The position numbers and the translations under genes are program-made. From Pelomyxa schiedti (Eukaryota > Protista > Evosea), in assembly GCA_020536535.1 (NCBI GenBank), contig JAHLWZ010000225.1, positions 1 to 64,000 of the forward strand: 64,000 bases of DNA, read 5' to 3'. Below are positions 1-10,400 of the stretch, in pieces; positions within the stretch are counted from its first letter, which is position 1, and the number at the start of each line of letters is the position of its first letter. The notes under the pieces are model-generated. The model was not told the DNA's origin. It saw only the letters and a program-made list of their open reading frames with translations, and did no database searches.

Positions 1-95
1 CCCGCAGGAGCCCCACCTCATGTCCAACGGGGTGTATCTGTGGGCCGGGTGCTGGGTTCTCTGCGCAGTGGTGACTTGGTTTTTCAACGGGGAGC

Positions 96-866
96 TCAAG
101 AGGCTGGCAGTGGAGAGGGGCACCACGTCGACGATTGGCGCCACGCAGCCGGCAGTGGTTCCGGCTGAAAGGGTCGTTTGATGTGTGTTGAGAAGGGAAA
201 GAATGAAAGAAAAAAAACAATTTTGTCTTTTTGAAAATTCCACGAACTTGGTTTCGGCAGGCGAACGCCTTTTTGTGTGTTTGTCAGCGGTTGCATTGGG
301 GGCAGCTCATAGTGTAGCTCAGACAATTGAAGCACTTGTGGCACATCCTGTGGTTGTGTGTCAAGTGAGATTTCCTTACATGGAGTGGATTTGGTTCACT
401 TACAGACAGGTGGCACTCGTGGTCAGGGTGCAGGCAGTGTGGGAGGTGGAAGTGGAATTTGTTGCATTGGTGGCACTGAGGTCCTCAGTGGTTGCATCAG
501 GGGGAAATTGCTTCAGGTTGCTTCATAAGCCCCCCAAAAAATACATCCAAGGCATTGGCTGGCATTTGGAACCTGGAGCCCTGAGGAGTCTGACAGTGCT
601 GTTGCTGTTGCTGCTGTTGTTGTTGTGCATTGTTCTCTGATTGCTTACTCAGCTGCTTGTTGTGCATTGTCTTGAGCCAACTGACAAATTACTAAATTTT
701 TCAATTTGCAACTTTTGACTAAATGTGTGACCGCTTGTCCACCAAGTGTGAAATTTGCCTCACACTGTTTTGCCAGCTTGAAAGTTGAAAAAGGGCTCAT
801 TTGAATTGGATTGTGTTCACATACCCCAACAAGGGACCAAACCACAAAACAAAGTCCAGGTAACAA
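96..866 (-). CDS. Possible low-complexity Gln/Pro/Thr-rich gene or gene relic; exon structure unresolved
   Basis: Minus-strand CAA/CAG tract near 600-630, Pro/Thr-rich open stretches and GT..AG intron-like segments (e.g. gtaagt...cacag near 345-412). No single consistent model could be built. Confidence 0.25.
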
Positions 867-878
867 AAAGCTACTACA

Positions 879-995
879 CCATCAAAATTGGAAACAAAGT
901 TGCAAGGTTTGATAGAACTGACAGTTAAACGGGTTGATGTCCCTGCTCAGAGTTGGTTCTATCTAACTTTGCAACTTTGTTTCTAATTTTGATGG
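879..995. repeat. 40-bp inverted repeat (arms 879-918 and 956-995, 37-nt loop)
   Basis: Base-by-base pairing on the + strand: 37 of 40 Watson-Crick, 2 G:U (890:984, 906:968) and 1 U:U (910:964). Confidence 0.9.
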
Positions 996-1039
996 CCATA
1001 TTCTTGAGCAATCGTTCTTTTTCATCCCTGCTCAGAGTT
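940..1039. repeat. 15-bp perfect direct repeat TCCCTGCTCAGAGTT (940-954 and 1025-1039) flanking a 70-nt segment
   Basis: Read directly from the sequence; flanking bases differ on both sides. Confidence 0.9.
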
Positions 1040-1294
1040 TAAATACACAAAGGAATGATTTGGGAGTTGGTGTGATACTATATTTTAAAAAAATCAAAAA
1101 AAGAAGAAAAACAGAAGTAAAATGACTCAAAATTTCTTGTGGGAAAAAAAAGAAAAAATGCACAAATAGTAAATACATTGTTTCCCATTACTGGTTAATG
1201 CAGAGATTAGTGGCACTGGGTTTACCAACCCAGGTCAAAATCCAAACAACCACCATTGTTCACCTAAGATTTGAATACAACCACCTTAAAGGTT

Positions 1295-1591
1295 TCACAC
1301 AGGTTTAAGATGATTACAATAAACACCAGTATACCCAACCAGCAAAATAGAGGTCTCCAGACAAAGTACCAGGCACAACATCCACCAATTGTAGCAGAAA
1401 CCAATCACAGCAGACTCCACCCATAACATACACCACTCAAAATCCAACCCTTTATCCTGTTCCCAAGAAGTAAATTTAATAAATGCCCAGTTGTGTGGGC
1501 TTACCCCCCTAATGCAGAGATTAGTCCTGACAGATCCAGGGTAATGAACGTGGACATCCCTGTAGTTCATATATGACGGGTCTGATGCCAT
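1295..1591 (-). CDS. Small hypothetical protein or first exons of a gene
   Basis: ATG at 1591 preceded by an A-rich leader with GTGACA about 12 nt upstream. In-frame 48-nt GT..AG intron candidate (gtaagccc...ggaacag). No recognisable domain. Confidence 0.3.
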   Translation of the reverse strand: MASDPSYMNYRDVHVHYPGSVRTNLCIRGVSPHNWAFIKFTSWEQDKGLDFEWCMLWVESAVIGFCYNWWMLCLVLCLETSILLVGYTGVYCNHLKPV

Positions 1592-1858
1592 TTCGTGTGT
1601 GATGTCACTTTGGTTTTTTTTATTTTCGAGTCAATGATTTCTCTGGATGATCTGAAATCATAATAATCGATTAAATTTCCATTGCGTTGGTGGGTGGTTT
1701 GTGTTTCATGCACAGACCACAGTCAGTTACATTCTGGACACATGAAGATGACTTGGGAGCAGGTGTGACTCACAGCTAAGTGTCCACACGTTGCTGATTT
1801 GTGCACCTATACTTGGTCAGGTTAGTTTACTTTGAGGGGGGAAATCACTTACAAGCTG

Positions 1859-4123
1859 TCATCCACTCGTGGTTGTTGTGGTTGCTGTGGTTGTTGTGGG
1901 CACCGCGGCTGGCGTTGTGGGGACTAGTACTGATATGGAAACAGGGGTGTTAGAGGGTGCTGTCTCACGCTGTGGCTGTGGTGGTGTTTGTGTTTGGGGA
2001 GTTGTTTTGGTTGGTTGCGGGCTATTCACATTAGCGGGTTGTGTTGCTGCGGTATTTTCTGTCTTTATTCTGGCTTTCATAAGGAACTCCTTGAGTCCCA
2101 CACGGCGAGGTGTAGCTTGTGTTGTGCTGACAGTAGCAGTTGTTGCATTGGTCGTGGCAGACTGTGGGGGAGGGGATTGAGGGGGTAGAAGTTGTATATG
2201 GGTAGTGGGTACTGGTACAGGTGACAGTGCAGGTGGCTGTGGTGTTGGCGTTGGAGTTGGTGGTGTGGATGGTAGAAGTTGCGTCCTGGTTGATGGTAAT
2301 GTAGGTGTTTGGAGAGGTGGGGGTAAAACAGAAGTGGGAGTAGGTGGTAAGGTGCATGATTGGGGAGGTGGAGGTTCATTAGGAGGGGAAGAAGTTGCGG
2401 GTACTACGGGACTGATGGGAGGCATGGAGGGTACTGGAGTCGATGATATGGGGTTTTGAGGTTCCACAGGAGGTTGCACTGTTTGATGTGCCTTCCTATG
2501 TTTTGAAGGTATACGTTTTGAACTTGTCCAAAGTGAGAGTGGTTGTGTGGTAGGAGGGCCTATTGGAGTGTTGACCACTGCAGGTGATGCATTAGACACA
2601 AGTTGCACCTCTCGCCGAGGGCTCACTGCCTGTTGCTCAGAGGGTAAAATGTCCCCCACCACTGGCCTTTTGGATGAAACGTCCACATTAATGGGTGATG
2701 TTATGGATGTATTAGACACAGTTTGCAAAGGGAGAGGGAGTTGCTTTTCAAGAATTACTGGTTCTCGTTTGGGGCTTACTTTTATGCGTTGTTCAGAGGG
2801 TAAAGTCTCCCCCATCCGTGGCCTTTTGGATGAAACGTCCAAAGAATTGGCACAGCTTGGTGCTGCATTTCGCTTCTGAGGTACAGTTTTTGGACTCTCA
2901 GATGTAACGGCACAGTGCAACTCCGGAGGAAATGTAGCTTGCATGTGAACTGGTTCCTGTAATTCTTGTGAACGCTGGTGAGTTGCCACCTGGGAAATTA
3001 AAGCCTGAAGTTGGTCCCCTGCTGAAGGTTTCTGAACTTGTTGGTGAGACCGGATAATTTCTAGTGCTTGGTGTTGAAATCCCAACAAATTCGACTGCAT
3101 CTGCTGCGAAAGACCACTTTCATGGATTTGCTGCATTGCCTGTGCTTGAGTGGACACCTTCTGGCCAACTACCGGCATTGGCGGTGGCATTGCCATACCA
3201 GGTGGCATCATGTTACTTTTTTGCTGTTGCGGAATGTTTGTGGTCATGTGTGCTGGCGGGTTTGGTTTCAACAATGATGAATATGGTGGATTGGCCGCTG
3301 CTTGTGCAAGCACTTGTGGCGTTGCTGACACAGGTGGTAGTTGTGGCAATTGTGACAGGACCGGCATAGGGAGTGGTGGAGGTGGCATTGCTGTTTGCAG
3401 TGGTTGTTGCATTGCCGGTATCTGTTGCTTGTGGAGGATTTGTGGTTGTATTTGTGATAGTTGTGGTACCTGTGACACCTGTGCTTGGATTGGTGATATT
3501 GGCGGTTGTATTTGTGGTATTTGTGGTTGGTTTTGTAGTTGTAAGAATTGTAATTGCGCTTGCTGTTGTTGTGTATATGATTGTTGGGATTGTGTTTGTG
3601 ATTGTGATTGTGGTATTACGGCGGGAAACTTCGGCGGCGTGCACGTCCTCGGCGGCGTCACTTGCGTTGCCACAACAACGGAAGGCGGCGTTGCATTAGC
3701 CCCCGCGACGTGTTGTTGTTGTGGTTGTTGTTGTTGCTGCTGCGGCTGCTGCAGCGGCACCAAGGGCGGCGGGGGCGCCAGCAGCGGGAGGACGGGCAGC
3801 GCAGCGGGCGGGGGGGCGACGCACGGGGACGCGGGTGCCGGGGCCGGAGCCGGAGCCGGCGACGCCGTGATACCGATGCCGATCTTGGGCTGCGGGGGCA
3901 GGAACAGCGGCGGCAGCACCGGCGAGTAGTTGCTGTACGTGAACCACGGCGCCAGCAGCGGCTCTCGCTGCGCTTGTTGCTGCTGCTGCTGTGGTTGTGG
4001 CGGCGGCGGTTGCTGAGCAGCAGCAGCAGCAGCCGACGCCTGGTGCTGCTGCAGCCAGGGCGGCGGGGGTTGCGGGTGTTGATGGGGGGACGACGCGTGC
4101 TGTGTGCTGCTAGTGTTCATCAT
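1859..4123 (-). CDS. Pro/Gln/Thr-rich intrinsically disordered protein with NLS-like and S-P-x-K/R motifs
   Basis: Open frame of about 755 codons from the first ATG at 4123; polyQ/polyP, SKRPR, SPKR and SPRR motifs; GC-rich 5' end. Confidence 0.7.
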   Translation of the reverse strand: MMNTSSTQHASSPHQHPQPPPPWLQQHQASAAAAAAQQPPPPQPQQQQQQAQREPLLAPWFTYSNYSPVLPPLFLPPQPKIGIGITASPAPAPAPAPASPCVAPPPAALPVLPLLAPPPPLVPLQQPQQQQQQPQQQHVAGANATPPSVVVATQVTPPRTCTPPKFPAVIPQSQSQTQSQQSYTQQQQAQLQFLQLQNQPQIPQIQPPISPIQAQVSQVPQLSQIQPQILHKQQIPAMQQPLQTAMPPPPLPMPVLSQLPQLPPVSATPQVLAQAAANPPYSSLLKPNPPAHMTTNIPQQQKSNMMPPGMAMPPPMPVVGQKVSTQAQAMQQIHESGLSQQMQSNLLGFQHQALEIIRSHQQVQKPSAGDQLQALISQVATHQRSQELQEPVHMQATFPPELHCAVTSESPKTVPQKRNAAPSCANSLDVSSKRPRMGETLPSEQRIKVSPKREPVILEKQLPLPLQTVSNTSITSPINVDVSSKRPVVGDILPSEQQAVSPRREVQLVSNASPAVVNTPIGPPTTQPLSLWTSSKRIPSKHRKAHQTVQPPVEPQNPISSTPVPSMPPISPVVPATSSPPNEPPPPQSCTLPPTPTSVLPPPLQTPTLPSTRTQLLPSTPPTPTPTPQPPALSPVPVPTTHIQLLPPQSPPPQSATTNATTATVSTTQATPRRVGLKEFLMKARIKTENTAATQPANVNSPQPTKTTPQTQTPPQPQRETAPSNTPVSISVLVPTTPAAVPTTTTATTTTTSG
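2636..2842. repeat. Intragenic duplication of about 50 bp with a 156-nt period (2636-2686 vs 2792-2842)
   Basis: Both copies contain CAGAGGGTAAA..TC.CCC and GGCCTTTTGGATGAAACGTCCA; they encode DVSSKRP..G..LPSEQ twice. Confidence 0.85.
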
Positions 4124-4414
4124 CTCTCGTGGTCGCTGAAGCACTCCAGAGGTATAAATTATGTACAATTTTACTAACAAGCTCAAGATCTACTACTACT
4201 CATCCCCTGGGCAGCCAGGGGATTTAATTTTTCAGTTCAGATCTGATAGGTGCTGGACCAAATTGGTGCTGGGTGCTGTCACAGCACTGCTGTGTGCGGG
4301 TGGGGATATTTTTTCTCTTTTGAAAAGAGACAACCATTTTTATTGGAAAATCAGTGTTAGGCACTCCTCAGGGACATAATTACTAGGGGTACTGGGGAGG
4401 GTACGAATTTACAA

Positions 4415-7400
4415 TCATACAAGACGGTGGCTGGCGAGGTCCGGCCTGGCCCTGTTGCACATTTCACAGTAGAACTGGGACTTGGGGTTGAAGTAAGTGC
4501 AACCACCCTTCTCGGGTGAGCAAACCCACTTGTCCTTTGGGCATTCACGCCTCCCGGACCACCCAGACTCACACATGGCGCATGTGGTGTCCTGCAGGTT
4601 ATTTAGTTGAGTGGGTTGGAACTCTAGCAAGTTGAGACATACCACGGCAAGGTTGACAAATGTGCAGTTTTGGCAGCGCCATCTGTCACTTCCGGCAAGC
4701 CTCAGGGCTTCACCCAACTGCTTCGCCAGATCGCCTTCCTGCATTTGGAAATTATTCTGTTGAATGGCCCTCTTAACAGTTCGTTACCTTCTGCTTTCGG
4801 GTAAGTTCTTCCGTTGTTGGTAGTTGGACAGCTCTTTTGAATTCGGCCAGGTGCACTTTGCTGTTCAAGGCACTATTAAAATATTTTTTAAACAGATTAA
4901 CTCCTACCCGGTGTTGGCTGTATCTATCATCCTGCAGATTTCATAGTAATCGCCAGGCGAGAACTCCAGTCTTATCCAATCGAAGAATTTTCTTACTTGC
5001 TCGTACGTGAGGTGTTCATCAGAATCTTCATCAAGTCGCTGCAGTAAGAGGTGTGGGTCCAACACATGCCGCCGCTCTTTAAACACTTTTGATAATGCCT
5101 GTTGATTATTGTTAGACAAATTCCAGGTGTTGACGTCTTACTTGATTGATTTGTTCAAGGACTGCACGTGCACGAAGTTGCCTCCACTCTTGCTGAGGCG
5201 AGAAGAACCTTGCAAGAGGAGTGTCTCCCCATAAGTGCCGCTGGCGTTTTCGCAACCTGAAGCTCATCAAAAAGTGGAGGAATAACCTCTTGTCTACCTT
5301 ATGTTTTCATTGAAAAACGACAGGCGATCTTTTAGAGTTGAGGAGGCAAATGCATGTTCCAAGCAGGCGAGTTCTTCATAAAAAAAAAGTTGAGTGGTGG
5401 GAAGAGTGAGGTATGACAAACCGGAATCTGTGTAATACATTTCACAGTTGAAGAATCGTAGAGCTTGCATGCACATGCCAATAGGAGACATGGGTAATTG
5501 AGCCACCTGTAAAATGGTATTTTTCCATTTTGTTTTAACCCATACAGCAATACCTTTTCAGGAAGATAGTTGGAGGAGAAATCGAGGAGATGGCCAGAAA
5601 TGGAGTGGAGAGCCAACGACGCAACATCAAGAATTTTGTGTCTTGAGTGGATAATTTTGCGTAAGGTTTCAGCTTCGACAAGAGAGACAGCAACGAAATA
5701 TCTTTGTTTTGTTAGTATTTTGACTGTCACATGAATAAGTAAACCGGGGGGAGGTAATGGTTAGGTTCATGGCTGCCTCCAAAATACTTGGACAGAATAC
5801 TTTGGCGAGATCATCTCGTTGTGTGTAGCTGCTAGTTCCCATTGCCATACGGAAAGCTCTATCAACTGCCAAGGCAATACTCTCACCTCTTGGGAGGGGT
5901 TATGTGAGAAGATAGTGGCAAACTGTAAGCGTACTTGCAAGAGCCGCATATTGGATTTGAGCAAGTGGTTCCACACCCAACTGTGAGCTGTTTGAATAGT
6001 AGAGGGACTCTGAGGAATAAGATATCTTTGGAAATATTTGGAATCCATTCCATGAAGACAGCAACATTTTTGAGACGTCTGTCTCCCATTCCAACCCACC
6101 TTTTTTGGGTTTTTGTATGTATTTAAGAAGAAGTAAAGGGATACCTTGGCCTGAAGAAGTTATCAGATAGAAGTAAATAGTCCGGGAATGAGAGGGTAGG
6201 TTGCTCCTTACGAACACGGAAACTTTGGAATTTGTAAAAAGCCTCCTCACCACCAAGAACACATGAAGGTGTTTTTGTAAGTAGGGAAGCTTTTTGGGGG
6301 GAAAAAAACCTTAGGGTTTTGTTACTTCATTTTGGAAGGCTTACCAGACCAAGGATTATGTTGTTCGTCGTCACGGGAAAAAGCACTGACTCGTTGTTGT
6401 TCCTCTTCTGCCTCTTCTTCCGCCTCTTCCTCTGCCTGTGCTTCCTGCTCATGAACAATTTCTGCATTCAAACCCATTCTGGTTTCCTTCTCAGCTTCCG
6501 AGTTGCCCGCGTCTTCCTGTCTGGTGACTTGCTCCAAGTTCCTAAGTATCTGAGGAATAAGGGCAGCTTCCCGTTCTCCAGGAACAAGTTCCACATTGCT
6601 GTCAACAAGAGCCTGAATTTTTTGTGTGTACTGGTGTGGTCTTGGGACATGGTCTTCAACTGCAAAGCTGACTATCTAACTCAATTCAGTCTCGTAATAA
6701 GGGTTAAGGGAAAAACCTCTCGGAAATGTTCCACGCAACGGCATAGTTCACGTTTATTTTCAGTATCGAAACGCCTAAGTCTAACCATTTCATTGCGGTC
6801 TGTAAACCTCCTTTCCTGGCAGTGCACTTCCTCTACCAGTGTTCCAAGCGCTTTTTTCCGCCATATATTTTGCAATTCCTGATAATGATGTTACCAATAC
6901 AAAAACAAAAGATATGGTCTTAACCTGTGAACTCATTTTTACGAATTGAAGACTTTCCATTCTCATCGAGTTTATAAGAAGCCACGCTGGAACATCAATT
7001 TCAGGTTTTCCAGTTCTAGTGTCAAAATATAAGTAAGTGAGACAAGGAATCCAGCAACAACTTGTGCAATCCTAATTCTTGAGCAATCCTATTTTCAACC
7101 TCGGATATAATGAACAAGTGTATAGTCATTCCCTTTCCAATCCCTGTGAATAGATGATTATTCCTCAACAAGTTCACAATAGAAGGAACCTCTCATTCTG
7201 TATGCTCCTTGGGCATAATCCCTGAATGTCATATCTTTGCCCAAAGTTAACACGGCACGAGCACTGGCGGCTTGCTTGATGTCCATACCCGTTGTATGCA
7301 CCTAAAGTCGTTAGAAAGGTGGAAGAAAAGTATTTCAACCTGATCATAAAATGTGAATCTCCTTTCAGGCCCGATACCACATTGGGCAAGGTTCACAGCT

Positions 7401-10400
7401 CTCCCGCTTCTGGTAAGTACCATTTGCCTGTCTGCTCGGTCAAGGTAGACTACACCTTCCATCCATTCTATTGATGAGGTCAGGCAAATAATTGGAGGAG
7501 GAGTAAAGACCAGGAAGATTTTGCAGCATGAATTGAGCAACTTCTTCATTGTTAAGGCCAGTGATGAGGGCACCTGTGTCTATAAGGGCATGTATTGGAG
7601 GCTCAGCGACACAGATATCATGCAAGAGGCTTTTTGCAGTCCATCCCTTACCAACATCAGCTACCATATGCAGGCATTATGTGAGTACCTTTTTGAAGCT
7701 GGCAGTAACAATGGTTGGGGAAGTGAGCACGTTTATTATACGTCCATCAGAACCAGGTTCATATTTGCATTCACCCAGATCAAGTGGTAATAAATTAGAA
7801 GGAGTTCCTGAAAAACCAATTCGCTTTCCAAACAACAAAGAACTTCCAAGTTCATGCCCAGATGCACTGATCTTTATGGTGATGTTAAAGTATGAATTTA
7901 GGGGGATGAAAGTACTTTAAGTTTTTGGAAGTTCATGCACGCAGGGAAAACATGCTGGCACAGGTAATAGTGCATCAAATGGGGAAGGAACCGTATAATG
8001 CCGAATAGCTATGGATGTTACAAAGAATTAAGATGAATATCTTTACCTGCTCTAGTTGTTTGGGATCATTTGGTTGGAACAGGGCTAAGGGAAGAATTGA
8101 AGACGAGGAACTCTTAGAAAGAGATTGCCTTGCAAGTGATAGCCAATGATTAAAAAGTACAGACGCAGGCCGTTGATCTCTAGGGCCCACCTGAACAGCT
8201 TAGTCCTAGGGATGAAACGTGGGAGAAGGGAGTCACCTGTCGACTGTAGTCTTGTTTGAGTTGGGAAATGACTCTACGCAAATCACTCTGACGGACTCCT
8301 TCATATCTGTAGGATAGGATAGTAAGACCAATAACAGCATCTGGATGGGCAAATTCTGAAGATCTGCTCGGCACATCTTTTCCAATGAAAGGGACCTACT
8401 TTATCTGAGAGTGAAATAATTGTCCCTGGTTCACATACTGCCATCAGTAATCTGCTCTGTGGTGTCCGAGGGTCTACGGCAAGGAGGTCTGCTGGTGTGA
8501 GAAGACCATAGGACACTCTGTTGATCTTCGACAAAATGTGGGGTAGAAGATGGTGTATCCAGTTGGATGCTAAGTTGAGCAGCTTTTTCGATTCTGGTAA
8601 AAGACCTTCCTCTACCTAAAAAGAGTAAGGAAAAAGAGGTTCTGGGTTGGGTTGCAACCTGCTGCCTCAACGGTTCGGGATCATTAGTTTGTAGGTAGGT
8701 CAGGAGCACATCAATGGGTGCACGTACCGCACCAACAAATGAGTTTAATAGCCACAGCATTGCCCATTGAGACATAATTGGCTTTATTTTTGCGTTATAG
8801 AAGTTTGAATCCAGAAGAACGAGATGAGGATTGCGTTGTAAACTGTGGCAGGTATATCCTTCCTCAAGAATAGTTGCAAGTTGTCCAAGTAACGCTGTGG
8901 GTGTGGTATTGAGTTGTTTTGCAGATTCCATGTAAATTGAAAGGTCTTCACAAACAGAAAGGCGTGTATGGTAAAAGATAGCATCAATGAGGTGAATTGG
9001 TAGATCCCAGCGGTATCCAGAAAGGTCTATTGCCTCCTTGTGTCCAATAGGGAAATTCAGTTCAGACCGCAATGGGTGCAGCAGAACATCAACTTCATCC
9101 ATGATGAGAACACCATGTTTCCACAGATCGAGTATTTTAACGAGAGCATCCGCCATTTCACTTCTGGCAATCATCTGGTCTCGAATCCTAATAATTTCAC
9201 GATTTCCTCTTGCACTCTCACCAGGCAAGAGAGAATTGAAGTCAAATTGTTCTATGGCGTGCAGTTGCTCAACAAACTTCAGCATCAGGGATTTGATGGA
9301 TTCAGGTGAAGCACAGACTATGCCGTGTTGTTTTCTCGCACTATCTAGCTTTGAAAACAGTGCCGCTACTAACTCACTACTGTCCTCCATGCTCCTGTCA
9401 AATTGCAAAGTGAAAATGTGTTTGACTACAATTGTGCTGAAACAGCTTCTCAACACATTCCGGGTTTGTTCAAGAAGTGCAGTAGGCATAACTTGAGTAA
9501 CTAATGTATTCCCATCGGCCAGAATAAGGGCTAACAAGGGCCCAACCACAGTTGTTTTCCCCGCCCCCATAATCATTTGTTGAACATCAGAGCCACCAGT
9601 CTTAAGTTTATTGACAAAGGATTCCACCATTTCCACTTGTCTTTCACGCAATAGGATATCAAAAATATACTCGAATAAAAGGAATCGTGGGTCAAATACA
9701 CAATCCTTGCTATCGGTAACTTTCCTTATGTAGTGCCTGTGACAGGTAAGTGTATCTGCAAGGGCAACAGCAGCATGGTTCAGTCTATCAATCATAACTT
9801 TACTTGCTGAAAGGGACTGTGATCTCCTTAGTGAGGACTCCGGCTGTGGCTGATCATGTGCCACGGTAGGAGACAAATTTTTTAGTAGAGAGCGAAGTGT
9901 CATTGCCTGCGAAATTGCACGATTTGCATGAGTCACACGTGATGCACGCAACATGACATTAGAAACAGTTGTAATTACTCTTTCTGCATCAGAAATGTAA
10001 GGGTTAACTGTTTTCAGGTCTGACTGTGCTGTGCGAGAAAGCAGTGAACCACACATAAAGTTAATATCAAGGAGAGGTTGCTGCCCAGCCATACGAAGCA
10101 AAAGGTAACGGTATTTATTCCGCAGCTCGTCACTCACTGGTGAATTAGAGGCTGGGTCACCAATTTCAACGTGATTCGAGCTGGCAACAACAGTACGTAT
10201 CATCTCTTCCACAAGTTTCGAGTCTCTATTTTGTAGTTCGGACAGTACAATAATAAGTGAATCCAAGGTCTCTATTGCCCTCGTAATATTTGCCGCATTT
10301 GGATTCAAAACGTAGGAAGTAAGTTGTTCAGGAGAGCAATTTTCAATGTGCGAGCTGAACTGGCGAGAGCACATCTCCGCGTAACGTGCGGTATCTTCTT

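Noticed and set aside
3150-3929. Cys/Gly-rich + strand ORF resembling a metallothionein or keratin-associated protein
   Set aside because: It is the antisense shadow of the polyQ/polyP codons of the 1859-4123 gene (TGC/TGT from GCA/ACA/CAG repeats).
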